A DNA stretch of 64,000 nt, from the NCBI GenBank assembly GCA_943354835.1, contig CALRDH010000002.1, positions 106,270 through 170,269 on the forward strand. Direction: 5' to 3'. Within the stretch, counting starts at the first letter, position 1. Each line of letters opens with the position of its first letter. Shown here one piece after another: positions 55,718 to 64,000 of this stretch. This stretch comes from a candidate division WWE3 bacterium (GTDB lineage: Bacteria > Patescibacteriota > WWE3 > 2-01-FULL-39-13). The notes under the pieces are model-generated. The model did no database searches. It worked only from the letters and a program-made list of their open reading frames with translations, and had not been told where the DNA came from. The position numbers and the translations under genes were made by a program.

Positions 55718-56239
55718 TCACAGATCGCGAATATAACGGACTTCATTCAAATCAAAGCCATCTCTTTTTTCTGATTTTGTTTTGCCTTCTATCCTCCAAC
55801 CCTTTGATTCATACCATTTTCTTGTTTTTTCGTTAGTGTCGAGCACCCAAAGCGTGGCTTGTTTATATCCACTGTCTTTTAGATTTTGAAAAAGTTTTTC
55901 CATAAGTTTTGACCCAATACCTAGGTTTGTATACCCTGGCAAAACATAAATCCCATATAATTCTGCAATTGAAGTTTCATGCAAATCACTATCTCTATTG
56001 ACTCCTCCAGTAACCCAACCTGCAACAACATTATCAATATCAGCCACGTATGCAAAAGTATTCTCATAAGGATGCTCTAATTCTTTTTTCCATCCTTCAG
56101 TTCTATCCTCAACAGACATAGAATCCAAAAAACTATCTGGAATTTGCCCGCGATAGGCTTGTTGCCACATCTTTACATGCACTGTGGCTATTCCTTCTGC
56201 ATCATTTACATTAGCATCTCTAACGTTGACTTCTGTCAT
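55718..56239 (-). CDS. GNAT family acetyltransferase
   Basis: ELYGIYVLP..LGIGSKL, LWVLDTN..WYE..GW; start trimmed to avoid the tRNA. Confidence 0.9.
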   Translation of the reverse strand: MTEVNVRDANVNDAEGIATVHVKMWQQAYRGQIPDSFLDSMSVEDRTEGWKKELEHPYENTFAYVADIDNVVAGWVTGGVNRDSDLHETSIAELYGIYVLPGYTNLGIGSKLMEKLFQNLKDSGYKQATLWVLDTNEKTRKWYESKGWRIEGKTKSEKRDGFDLNEVRYIRDL

Positions 56240-56265
56240 ATAAAATATTCTATCAACTATATTTT

Positions 56266-56340
56266 TGGAGCGGGTAACGGGAATTGAACCCGTATCTCTT
56301 CCTTGGCAAGGAAGTATAATAACCGGTATACGATACCCGC
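56266..56340 (-). tRNA. tRNA-Gly(GCC)
   Basis: Anticodon arm CTTCC-TTGCCAA-GGAAG, TCCA end. Confidence 0.93.
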
Positions 56341-56394
56341 TCGTTTGTAGCCCTAATTTTACTATCACTTTTCTAAACCAGCAATGTTTATTGT

Positions 56395-56910
56395 CTAATA
56401 TTTCCCGATACCACTCATCATACGTAACCTAATATTTATATCATCAAATAACATAGGCAAATCTGGAGTCCATCCTACAAGTAATTTTGAAAGATCAGAC
56501 CTAGAACTGCTTCTCAAAATTCGTGGATGTACTTTCACTAGTATTTGAGTTGCTCCCATTCTGCAAGAAATATTTGATCCAGCATTAACGCAAACAAACG
56601 TCGCGAGTGGCCATTCTTCTGCTGTTGGACTTTTTTCATCTAGGAATTGAAATATACTCATAGGAACTCTAGCTATAGGATTTCCGGGTAAACTAGAGGG
56701 CAATTCTTGCCTTTGCCCAACTGCCATGGTGAATGGATATTGTATCAAATGTGAATCAAAATCAATGGAAGTTACCTTACCTGATTTTTCAAATCGATAA
56801 ACAAGACTGCCATTAGGAACTTCAACCTGTTGCGCAAATTCTAAAGCGGTAATCTCTGTAGTAGCAGTAACAGCAGTAACAGTTAATTCTTCTGTCTCTG
56901 TCATGGACAT
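56395..56910 (-). CDS. Hypothetical protein
   Basis: 171-aa ORF, no recognised motif. Confidence 0.55.
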   Translation of the reverse strand: MSMTETEELTVTAVTATTEITALEFAQQVEVPNGSLVYRFEKSGKVTSIDFDSHLIQYPFTMAVGQRQELPSSLPGNPIARVPMSIFQFLDEKSPTAEEWPLATFVCVNAGSNISCRMGATQILVKVHPRILRSSSRSDLSKLLVGWTPDLPMLFDDINIRLRMMSGIGKY

Positions 56911-56961
56911 AGCGTGTAGTTGACGTCAAAGTCACAACTACAACGATATGTTGTAGAGTGG

Positions 56962-58401
56962 CTAAGCGCCAAAGAACTGATTATAAACAACTAACGCACT
57001 AAAAAGTCCAAAGAATGTGAATGCTGTGTATACAACGATTTTTCTAATTAATGATGGTCTGATTTCTTTTATCAAAAGTTTTGTGTTTAGTTTTATTAGG
57101 ATTCCTGAAAATACAAACATGCAAAATGCGTTAAGAACGGCACCTAAAACAATTAATGATTTTGGTTCGCTTGTTGCAAGAAGTAAGACTCCAGATCCAA
57201 ATAATATAAATGACCAAATTACTGTGTAGTAAATTTTTGGAATTTGTTTTCCTTTGTTGCGAATATTCGGCATTAAAAGAACTATATTTTCTGTAACTAT
57301 TCTTCCGCATGCATCGATTACAGAAAGTTGTGTTGAAAATAGCATTAATGAAGTGATGATTAAAATTAATGCTCCAAAAGTAGAACCAACCATTGATGAT
57401 ATAGCTTGAGCTTGATTATAGACAAAATTGATTCCTTCAGCATTATTGGGTTTACCGTAGGAAGTTACATATGCCAACAAAACCAACATAAAAATTGTAC
57501 TTAAACCCAAAAACCAAAAAACTATAAAATGCTCAATATTAACCATCTTCCACCATTTTTTAAATGTTTCGATTTGAGACTTATTTGCTTCGAATGTGCT
57601 TCCTTCTAATTGAATATCCTCTGTCTTTCCTGTAATTAGACTTGTAATTCTTCCGGAATACTTCCCCATTCCATAACCTTTTTCTTTAATGTAAAACGAT
57701 TGCGCAAGATTTAAATTTCCACCAGCACCAGAATATGCAAAAGCTGCTAAAAATGACATAAGCGGTAAACCCATTGGAATAAAATTGTATGAGCCTGGAC
57801 CGCAAGCTACACCATCTTTACATTGACTGCCTATGTGAATTCCGATTATCCCTTTAAATAAAGCGATTACGGCGTCTAGATCTACGATTGAAAGTACAAC
57901 ATACAGAATTAATGGAATCCCAAAAAAGATCAGAATTTTTTGATAAGTTTCTAACGTCTTATATAAAACTGGACCTAACGTTAGTATCGTTCCCGCCAGA
58001 AAAAGCATACCGACTGCAACAAGTGGTGTATTTGTAAGTCCAAAGGGTTTTAATACAGCAGCAGACGCGGCACTAAATCCTGGCCACGAAAAAGCAATTA
58101 TTGTAGATAGAATAAACCAAATCGGAATTTTTTTATAAAGCCTGGCAAAACCGACAAAAACACTTTCGCCGTTAGCGAGAGCGTATCGTTCGATTTCCAT
58201 ATTTAGAAAGAATTGGAAAGTAATTCCAAGAACTGCACCCCAAATAATTCCAAATCCCCAATTAGAAACTAAGTAAGGCCATAAAATAAGCTCACCTGTT
58301 CCAAGTCCAAGACCAAGAAGTATGAAACTCGGCCCTAAAAGCTTAAAAATAGATTTTGGAGGTTCGGGCAGAATGTTTTTTTGAAGACCTTTTATCTCCA
58401 T
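56962..58401 (-). CDS. Nramp-related (APC-fold) transporter
   Basis: LGPSFILLGLGLGTGELILWP, EIERY...GES..GF, ~11 TMs. Confidence 0.8.
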   Translation of the reverse strand: MEIKGLQKNILPEPPKSIFKLLGPSFILLGLGLGTGELILWPYLVSNWGFGIIWGAVLGITFQFFLNMEIERYALANGESVFVGFARLYKKIPIWFILSTIIAFSWPGFSAASAAVLKPFGLTNTPLVAVGMLFLAGTILTLGPVLYKTLETYQKILIFFGIPLILYVVLSIVDLDAVIALFKGIIGIHIGSQCKDGVACGPGSYNFIPMGLPLMSFLAAFAYSGAGGNLNLAQSFYIKEKGYGMGKYSGRITSLITGKTEDIQLEGSTFEANKSQIETFKKWWKMVNIEHFIVFWFLGLSTIFMLVLLAYVTSYGKPNNAEGINFVYNQAQAISSMVGSTFGALILIITSLMLFSTQLSVIDACGRIVTENIVLLMPNIRNKGKQIPKIYYTVIWSFILFGSGVLLLATSEPKSLIVLGAVLNAFCMFVFSGILIKLNTKLLIKEIRPSLIRKIVVYTAFTFFGLFSALVVYNQFFGA

Positions 58402-58438
58402 ATAATGGGATACTATCACATAGAAATTCTAGTGTCGC

Positions 58439-58909
58439 CTAAGTATATCTATCAGCAACTTTTGATGCGACGTAGCTATCTGGTTTTGTCACAACTTTGT
58501 ATCCGCTACTTTTGATCATTCCAACAACTTGAGCAATTATTTCTTTTGTTTTGCCATTATTTCCTACATCGACGTGGATTTCGAATGAGAAATTATGTGC
58601 ATTTCGTTTTTTAAGTTCATCTAAAAATGCAGAGGCGAATTCAAGTGACATTGCGGATTCTCTAAAAACTCGGTCGTAAAGTGAATGTCCGATTCCTGGT
58701 CTTTTGTGCCAAAAATAAATTCCGCCAAAACCTATTCGATGAACTAAAATTGCAGTTATATAATCAATATCTTGTCCCCCATTGTTTCCAGTCGAGTCTG
58801 TTCCGATTATAAAGCTATATCTGGCTGAAGAAACATCATCCATGTACTTCATGATCAACTCAACAGTCTTTTCAAATGTGATTGTTCCGTGAGTAACGCT
58901 GTGAAACAT
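58439..58909 (-). CDS. Ribonuclease H-like YkuK family protein
   Basis: IIGTDS, HRIGFGG, ESAMS, EIHVDVG..GKT, KPDSYVASKVADRYT. Confidence 0.9.
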   Translation of the reverse strand: MFHSVTHGTITFEKTVELIMKYMDDVSSARYSFIIGTDSTGNNGGQDIDYITAILVHRIGFGGIYFWHKRPGIGHSLYDRVFRESAMSLEFASAFLDELKKRNAHNFSFEIHVDVGNNGKTKEIIAQVVGMIKSSGYKVVTKPDSYVASKVADRYT

Positions 58910-58911
58910 GA

Positions 58912-59094
58912 TTAACCGATCGGAATCCCAAATGTTCTAAGAACATTGCGAATTATAGTCCAAGCCAACTTTAAAAGCATAATAAGAAAATTGAAAACGA
59001 CCTTAAGAACGCTTGCTAAAATAAATTCTGCTTTACGCATATATTTGTCTTGGTCTTGCTTTGCATCGTATTCACTTTGATATGAAATTTCCAT
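58912..59094 (-). CDS. Small hypothetical protein
   Basis: TATAAT-6-ATG; amphipathic C-terminus; heads the operon. Confidence 0.6.
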   Translation of the reverse strand: MEISYQSEYDAKQDQDKYMRKAEFILASVLKVVFNFLIMLLKLAWTIIRNVLRTFGIPIG

Positions 59095-59131
59095 ATTGGG
59101 ATTATACAATATAATGATAAAATGGTGACAT

Positions 59132-59218
59132 GCCGGGGTGGCGGAATGGCAGACGCGTCAGACTTAAAATCTGGTTTCCTTTATGGAAGTGCGGGTTCAA
59201 GTCCCGCCCCCGGCACCA
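59132..59218 (+). tRNA. tRNA-Leu(TAA)
   Basis: Anticodon arm TCAGA-CTTAAAA-TCTGG, long variable arm, CCA. Confidence 0.95.
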
Positions 59219-59238
59219 AATTCTCTTGTGAGAATTAT

Positions 59239-59315
59239 GCATCCGTAGCTCAACTGGATAGAGCGTTGGTCTTCGGAACCAAAGGTTAAAGGTTCAAATC
59301 CTTTCGGGTGCACCA
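59239..59315 (+). tRNA. tRNA-Arg(TCG)
   Basis: Anticodon arm TTGGT-CTTCGGA-ACCAA, CCA. Confidence 0.93.
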
Positions 59316-59372
59316 AAGGACTTGCTTGCTACTGCAAGCTTAGTCATTTGAGTACACTTAGTGTGTGCACCA
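59316..59372 (+). repeat. 57-nt foldback insert duplicating the tRNA-Arg 3' end
   Basis: Hairpin, TGAGTACAC, then a second GTGCACCAAAGG. Confidence 0.65.
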
Positions 59373-59386
59373 AAGGTTTAAATTTC

Positions 59387-59461
59387 GGGCGCATAGCTCA
59401 ATGGTAGAGCAACTGGCTCTTAACTAGTAGGTTGCAGGTTCGAATCCTGCTGCGCCCACCA
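59387..59461 (+). tRNA. tRNA-Lys(CTT)
   Basis: Anticodon arm ACTGG-CTCTTAA-CTAGT, CCA. Confidence 0.94.
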
Positions 59462-59681
59462 AAATTATTCCATAGCACTTGACGATTTATTGTCGTATTC
59501 CCCAAATGTCCATTTTTAAAATTTTCATTCAAACTTCGTAACACATTTATATACATCCAACCTATTTTGTTTTATTGGAGCCTATTAAGCTTAAGCACCT
59601 ATAAGTTTTACAAGATATCCCATAGTGCGTATAATGCATACATTCTTTCGCGACGCGCGAAATTAGACAAGGAGGTAGTTA

Positions 59682-59852
59682 ATGAAATGGCAAGTTAAAT
59701 TTGCTGTATTAATTGCCGCAATCGCAGGGGTGATAGCAATTTCGTATGATCAGTCACTGGTCACAGTAATTGCTATCGTAATAGTCGGAATGCCAGTAGG
59801 TTATGGCATAATCCGGCTATCGGAGCTTATCGTTAAAAGGCTAAATCTATAA
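59682..59852 (+). CDS. Small two-TM membrane protein (56 aa, not in the ORF track)
   Basis: TATAAT at 59630, AAGGAGGT RBS, MKWQVKFAVLIAAIAGVIAISY..; CCCTGACCTTTT/AAAAGGTCAGGG hairpin downstream. Confidence 0.65.
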   Translation: MKWQVKFAVLIAAIAGVIAISYDQSLVTVIAIVIVGMPVGYGIIRLSELIVKRLNL

Positions 59853-59967
59853 CTTAGCTGATTAGCGAAAGTTCTGCCCCCCCCTGACCTTTTGGGATAA
59901 GCATGTTCGCATGCATTTTTAAAAGGTCAGGGTAGTATTTTATACGCTATACTAAATAGTAATCATT

Positions 59968-60618
59968 ATGACCTTTAATATCATCACAATTTTTCCTTTC
60001 ATGTTTGATGGGATTTTTGATTTTGGAGTTGTCGCTAAAGGTGTTAAGTCTGATCTTTTAAAGATTAATATTCATAATTTGCGTGATTTTACGCATGATA
60101 AGCATAAGATTGTTGATGATCGTCCTTTTGGCGGTGGCGCTGGAATGGTTTTAAAGCCAGAGCCTTTATTTGAAGCAGTTGAATTTATAAAATCCAAATC
60201 AGAAAACGAAAATCCTCATGTAATTTATCTAACTCCACAAGGTAAAAAATTGACTCAAGAAAAATGCGAGCAACTTTCAAAAATGGAAAATCTTATTATC
60301 ATCTGTGGCAGATATGAAGGAATCGATCAGCGAATTCGAGATAATATTGTCGATGAGGAAATATCAGTTGGAGACTACGTTCTTTCAGGCGGAGAAATTC
60401 CAGCAATGACACTAATTGATGCGATATCAAGATTAGTTCCTGGAGTAATAAAAAACGAAGAATTCAACGACTCCGAATCATTTTCAAATAAAAACGACAG
60501 GACAAAACTTGACTACAAAGTGTATACTAGACCGGAAGAATTTCGCGGACACAAAGTGCCAGAAGTACTACTTAGTGGAAACCACGCTGAAATAAAAAAA
60601 GCGAGGGAGGAGAAATAA
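59968..60618 (+). CDS. trmD: tRNA (guanine-N1)-methyltransferase
   Basis: VDDRPFGGGAGMVLK, CGRYEGIDQR, SVGDYVLSGGE, VPEVLLSGNH. Confidence 0.97.
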   Translation: MTFNIITIFPFMFDGIFDFGVVAKGVKSDLLKINIHNLRDFTHDKHKIVDDRPFGGGAGMVLKPEPLFEAVEFIKSKSENENPHVIYLTPQGKKLTQEKCEQLSKMENLIIICGRYEGIDQRIRDNIVDEEISVGDYVLSGGEIPAMTLIDAISRLVPGVIKNEEFNDSESFSNKNDRTKLDYKVYTRPEEFRGHKVPEVLLSGNHAEIKKAREEK

Positions 60619-60620
60619 AT

Positions 60621-60860
60621 ATGAGCCAAAATAATAATGAGTTAATTGAATGGGGAAAAGCTCTTCAAGAGACAACTCAGTGGATGGCACAGGATGAAGG
60701 AAATGGAGAATTAGGACTTAACGCTGAATCTTCCCTTGTAGAATTGAATGCAGCTATAAATGAAGCAACAAACGGTAATTTAGCAAAGCTATTATTAATA
60801 CGCGAACAATTTGATTCACCGGAAAGTAGGCTGGAAGTCGAAGCAATAAAACATTTATAA
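60621..60860 (+). CDS. Hypothetical protein
   Basis: 79-aa ORF 2 nt after trmD. Confidence 0.55.
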   Translation: MSQNNNELIEWGKALQETTQWMAQDEGNGELGLNAESSLVELNAAINEATNGNLAKLLLIREQFDSPESRLEVEAIKHL

Positions 60861-60880
60861 ACCAATAGATAAATTAAACT

Positions 60881-61261
60881 TTAGTAATCTTCCAACACAC
60901 CTTCATTAACATCATAATAGCCATAAGCTTGATATTCGTATTCGCGTTCATCAAATCGTATTTCAGCTCTTTTGCTTACATATAAACCGATTTCTTCACT
61001 GTTTCCGACATTCACAAAAAAACGTCCTAATGATATTCGGCCTTGAGGCGTCCGTGGAGCCCTTGCAACAAACATAAAGTACAGTGTCTCATTCACACGA
61101 TCAGCATTGCCAGAGAATAATTGACTACAACCACCTCGGGGCTCAAATGGAGTCACTTGGATGCTTAAAGCAGGACTTATTGTATTTGCAATAGCGTTTA
61201 ACTTTGTAGATAAAATATCTGTAAGAGTAAATACATTTAATCCTTCTTCTTCAGCAGACAT
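60881..61261 (-). CDS. Hypothetical protein
   Basis: 126-aa ORF. Confidence 0.55.
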   Translation of the reverse strand: MSAEEEGLNVFTLTDILSTKLNAIANTISPALSIQVTPFEPRGGCSQLFSGNADRVNETLYFMFVARAPRTPQGRISLGRFFVNVGNSEEIGLYVSKRAEIRFDEREYEYQAYGYYDVNEGVLEDY

Positions 61262-61267
61262 TTGAAT

Positions 61268-61687
61268 TTATAATTTGGCAGATGAATGAGAATAGCCTTT
61301 TACTATCCGTAGTATGCCGTTTATTTGTTGCACGTTTATCTCTTGATTATCATCAACCGGTGAAAGCCCGTATGGCCTAGCACAAAGACCTACTTGTGTA
61401 AAAAATGGTATAAGATTCTGTACCCGATTGTCGTTACTTGGTAATTGAACACCAACCCCAATTTGTGCGAGCGTATTTGCTCCAAATAACTTTTGCAAAA
61501 TGCTTCTATTTTCATCTGGTAAAAGATCCTCTATATTAATTCCGCCGGGAGATGATCTAATGAACAATTCATCGTCATTAATATACCAATTGATAGCCAT
61601 TGTATGGACTTCTCCAGAAAACCCGGATAATAATTTTTCCATGTAAAAAGGTCCGTCTGATGTAAATGGTATCGGGTCGTAAATCAT
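61268..61687 (-). CDS. Hypothetical protein
   Basis: 139-aa ORF, TATAAT 8 nt before ATG. Confidence 0.55.
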   Translation of the reverse strand: MIYDPIPFTSDGPFYMEKLLSGFSGEVHTMAINWYINDDELFIRSSPGGINIEDLLPDENRSILQKLFGANTLAQIGVGVQLPSNDNRVQNLIPFFTQVGLCARPYGLSPVDDNQEINVQQINGILRIVKGYSHSSAKL

Positions 61688-61742
61688 TGCGCTGAATTAT
61701 ACACAATCAATAGGGTTTTTCAATATTTGCTAATATGTCTGA

Positions 61743-64000
61743 ATGAAGGATACAAAAAAGTTTGATTTGCTTTATAAGAATTTGAATGTCGACCAGATGC
61801 GTGCAGTTGATTCTATAGAGGGTCCCGTAATGTTACTTGCCGGTCCAGGAACAGGAAAGACGCAAACTTTAACGATGCGTATTGCAAATATTCTATTAAA
61901 GACAGATGCTGCTCCTGATTCGATTTTAGCTTTAACATTTACAGAATCGGGTGTAAGAGCAATGCGTGAAAGGCTTTTGTCTATTATAGGAACGACTTCA
62001 TATTACATAAATATCCACACATTTCATTCATTTGCTAGTGAAGTCATTCAATCAAATCCAGATGAATTTATTATCTCAACCGAAATTGAGCCACTATCCG
62101 ATTTAGAACGAATTCACATTTTCAAAGAAATTTTTGATGAACTTGATTTGCAAATATTAAAACCGTTTAATTCAACATACTATTACCTAAGAACTGCCAT
62201 TTCAAAAATACAAAACCTTAAACGCGAAGGAATAGACATATCAGAATACAAAAAACTTATAGACGAATCAAACGAAATGCCAGAAAAAGACTTGGAAAAA
62301 AACATTGAACTTTCCAAAATATACGAACTTTATGAATCAAAACTAAAATCATACGGAAGATACGACTTTGAAGACATGATAAATTTCGTAATCGAAAAAT
62401 TCAAAACATCCCCCGCCCTTTTACAAAAATATCAAGAAAGATTCCAATACTTCTTAGTCGATGAATTTCAAGACACAAACTCTGCACAAGCCGAACTTCT
62501 ATACCAACTAAGTTCATACTGGGATCCAGAACCAAACCTATTTGTAGTTGGAGACGACGACCAATCAATATACAGATTTCAAGGAGCGTCAATTGAAAAC
62601 ATAATCAACTTCAACACAAAATATCCAAATGCACTAAAAATTGCACTTACGGAAAACTACAGAAGCGCTCAAAAAATACTAGACTCTGCTGAAAGCGTAA
62701 TATCAAAAAACAAACTACGAATAAGCACAGCATTAAAAATATCAAAAAACCAAAAATCAATGGTCAAGGAAACTGCATCTGACAAATGCATTTCTTATGG
62801 AGAATTTTCAACATCACACACGGAATCACACTTTATAGGACATGAAGTTAAAAAACTTCTAGCAAATGGTGAAAAACCAAATGAAATAGCAATAATCTAC
62901 AGAAACAATGCGGATTCTGAAAACATTGCAGACATGTTTTCTAGAATGGGAATCGAATACACACTTGAAGGTGGAGAAAACGTTTTGGAATCAGGAATAA
63001 TCGTTCGACTTTTGCATTTATTTAAAGTCATACAAAAAGTTAGATCAAAAGACGAAGACATAGACCTATTTACGCTTCTCAATTATGAATTCTTAGATAT
63101 AAATGGGCTTGATATCTTAAAACTATCAAGATTCGCATCAAGCAAAAAAATAAATCTTTTTGAGGCGATTTCGCACAGCGAAATCGCCGATTCCAAAATC
63201 GAAAACATAAAAGCCTTACAAGCATTTTCTGAAAAAATAGTTTATTGGAACGAACTTTCAGCAAACGTAACTCTTATGAAATTCATAGAGCAAGTAATGG
63301 ACGAATCGGGATTTCTAAACTGGGTCTTAAATAAAGAAAATAGCTATGAACTTCTAAACAAACTCAACTCATTTCTATCAGAAGTAAAACGTCTTAATTA
63401 TTCAAAAAAGAATTTATCACTCGAAACATTTTTAAAGTATGTAGATTTGATGATCGATAATGGACTTGGAATTTCAGAAAAAACTATTGATGTAGAAACA
63501 AAGGCAGTAAAACTTACAACAGCACATAAATCAAAAGGTTTGGAGTTTAAGCATGTTTTTATACCGAAATTTTTGGATAAAAAATGGGGAAACGCTATAA
63601 ATCGCGATTTGATAAAACTACCTTCATCTATTTTAAAAACAGTCGATCTTTCAAATGATAAGGCTATCAAAAACCAACTAGAAGAAGACGAAAGACGTTT
63701 GTTCTTTGTTGTTCTAACGCGTGCAAAAGAAAATATAACTATAACTTCGGCAAAATCTAATCAAACGGCTGCTTACCAAAAATCAGGATCTCCAAGCATG
63801 TTTTTATATGAAATTCCAAATGATCACATCAGACAAATTGATATTCAAAAGCATGAGGAATCGGCATCAGAAATACTTAAACAAATTCTGACACCATACA
63901 AAACTGAAGAAATCACAATTGATGAAAAAGACTTTTTAAAAGATTCACTCAAAAATTTTAAAATCAGCGCTTCATCTCTAAATTCATACATAGAATGCGG
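61743..64000 (+). CDS. UvrD/PcrA-family DNA helicase with start of a C-terminal PD-(D/E)XK domain (runs off the window)
   Basis: AGPGTGKT, LVDEFQDTN, VGDDDQSIYRFQGA, ENYRS, TAHKSKGLEF, RLFFVVLTRAK, ends ISASSLNSYIEC. Confidence 0.93.
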   Translation, partial: MKDTKKFDLLYKNLNVDQMRAVDSIEGPVMLLAGPGTGKTQTLTMRIANILLKTDAAPDSILALTFTESGVRAMRERLLSIIGTTSYYINIHTFHSFASEVIQSNPDEFIISTEIEPLSDLERIHIFKEIFDELDLQILKPFNSTYYYLRTAISKIQNLKREGIDISEYKKLIDESNEMPEKDLEKNIELSKIYELYESKLKSYGRYDFEDMINFVIEKFKTSPALLQKYQERFQYFLVDEFQDTNSAQAELLYQLSSYWDPEPNLFVVGDDDQSIYRFQGASIENIINFNTKYPNALKIALTENYRSAQKILDSAESVISKNKLRISTALKISKNQKSMVKETASDKCISYGEFSTSHTESHFIGHEVKKLLANGEKPNEIAIIYRNNADSENIADMFSRMGIEYTLEGGENVLESGIIVRLLHLFKVIQKVRSKDEDIDLFTLLNYEFLDINGLDILKLSRFASSKKINLFEAISHSEIADSKIENIKALQAFSEKIVYWNELSANVTLMKFIEQVMDESGFLNWVLNKENSYELLNKLNSFLSEVKRLNYSKKNLSLETFLKYVDLMIDNGLGISEKTIDVETKAVKLTTAHKSKGLEFKHVFIPKFLDKKWGNAINRDLIKLPSSILKTVDLSNDKAIKNQLEEDERRLFFVVLTRAKENITITSAKSNQTAAYQKSGSPSMFLYEIPNDHIRQIDIQKHEESASEILKQILTPYKTEEITIDEKDFLKDSLKNFKISASSLNSYIEC

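Larger units (their letters stand above)
53861..56307. mobile_element. Remnant islet at tRNA-Gly(GCC) bounded by a 26-bp direct repeat
   Basis: AATTGAACCC(T/G)TATCTCTTCCTTGGC at 53861-86 and 56282-307 (25/26); no integrase inside. Confidence 0.6.

Noticed and set aside
732-63670. Many 60-160 aa ORFs antisense to or nested in long genes (e.g. 8183-8506, 13699-14043, 44096-44575, 54509-54934, 63398-63670)
   Set aside because: Shadow frames of well-supported genes with no motifs or start signals
1-64000. Alternative genetic code (TGA=Gly) as in Gracilibacteria/Absconditabacteria
   Set aside because: Conserved genes are full length in code 11 and TGA serves as a stop

Overview
AT-rich bacterial chromosome segment read with genetic code 11. 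The compact gene content, scattered tRNAs and many apparently leaderless genes suggest a Patescibacteria/CPR genome (Microgenomates/WWE3-like); this is an inference, not a placement. The backbone carries a MacAB-like ABC system, SulP, a copper operon (csoR-HMA/DsbD_2-copA), a pseudouridine synthase, cyclophilin, SOD, an IMPDH/GMPR enzyme, trmD, a UvrD/PcrA helicase-nuclease, 11 tRNAs, two Fic genes and two type II TA pairs. Two things stand out. (1) A 1698-aa alpha-2-macroglobulin lacks the CxEQ thioester motif but has a complete 129-aa Hint (intein-like) domain exactly in the bait region. (2) A ~25.8 kb integrative conjugative-like element (24026-49815) sits at the 3' end of tRNA-Leu(GAG). 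Its att site lies inside its own large serine recombinase, so excision would swap the enzyme's C-terminus and couple it to a PLD nuclease gene. The element also carries a minimal VirB2/B6/PrgI/B4/M23 + VirD4 + Replic_Relax transfer set, a type III RM + GHKL-nuclease defence operon and a radC/DUF2958 cassette behind a large hairpin. Smaller signals include a tRNA-Gly-bounded islet, ~56-nt foldback inserts at tRNA ends, several operator-like repeats and a gene-scale TG-to-AC strand skew. Family assignments are by motif recognition only; no searches were run.
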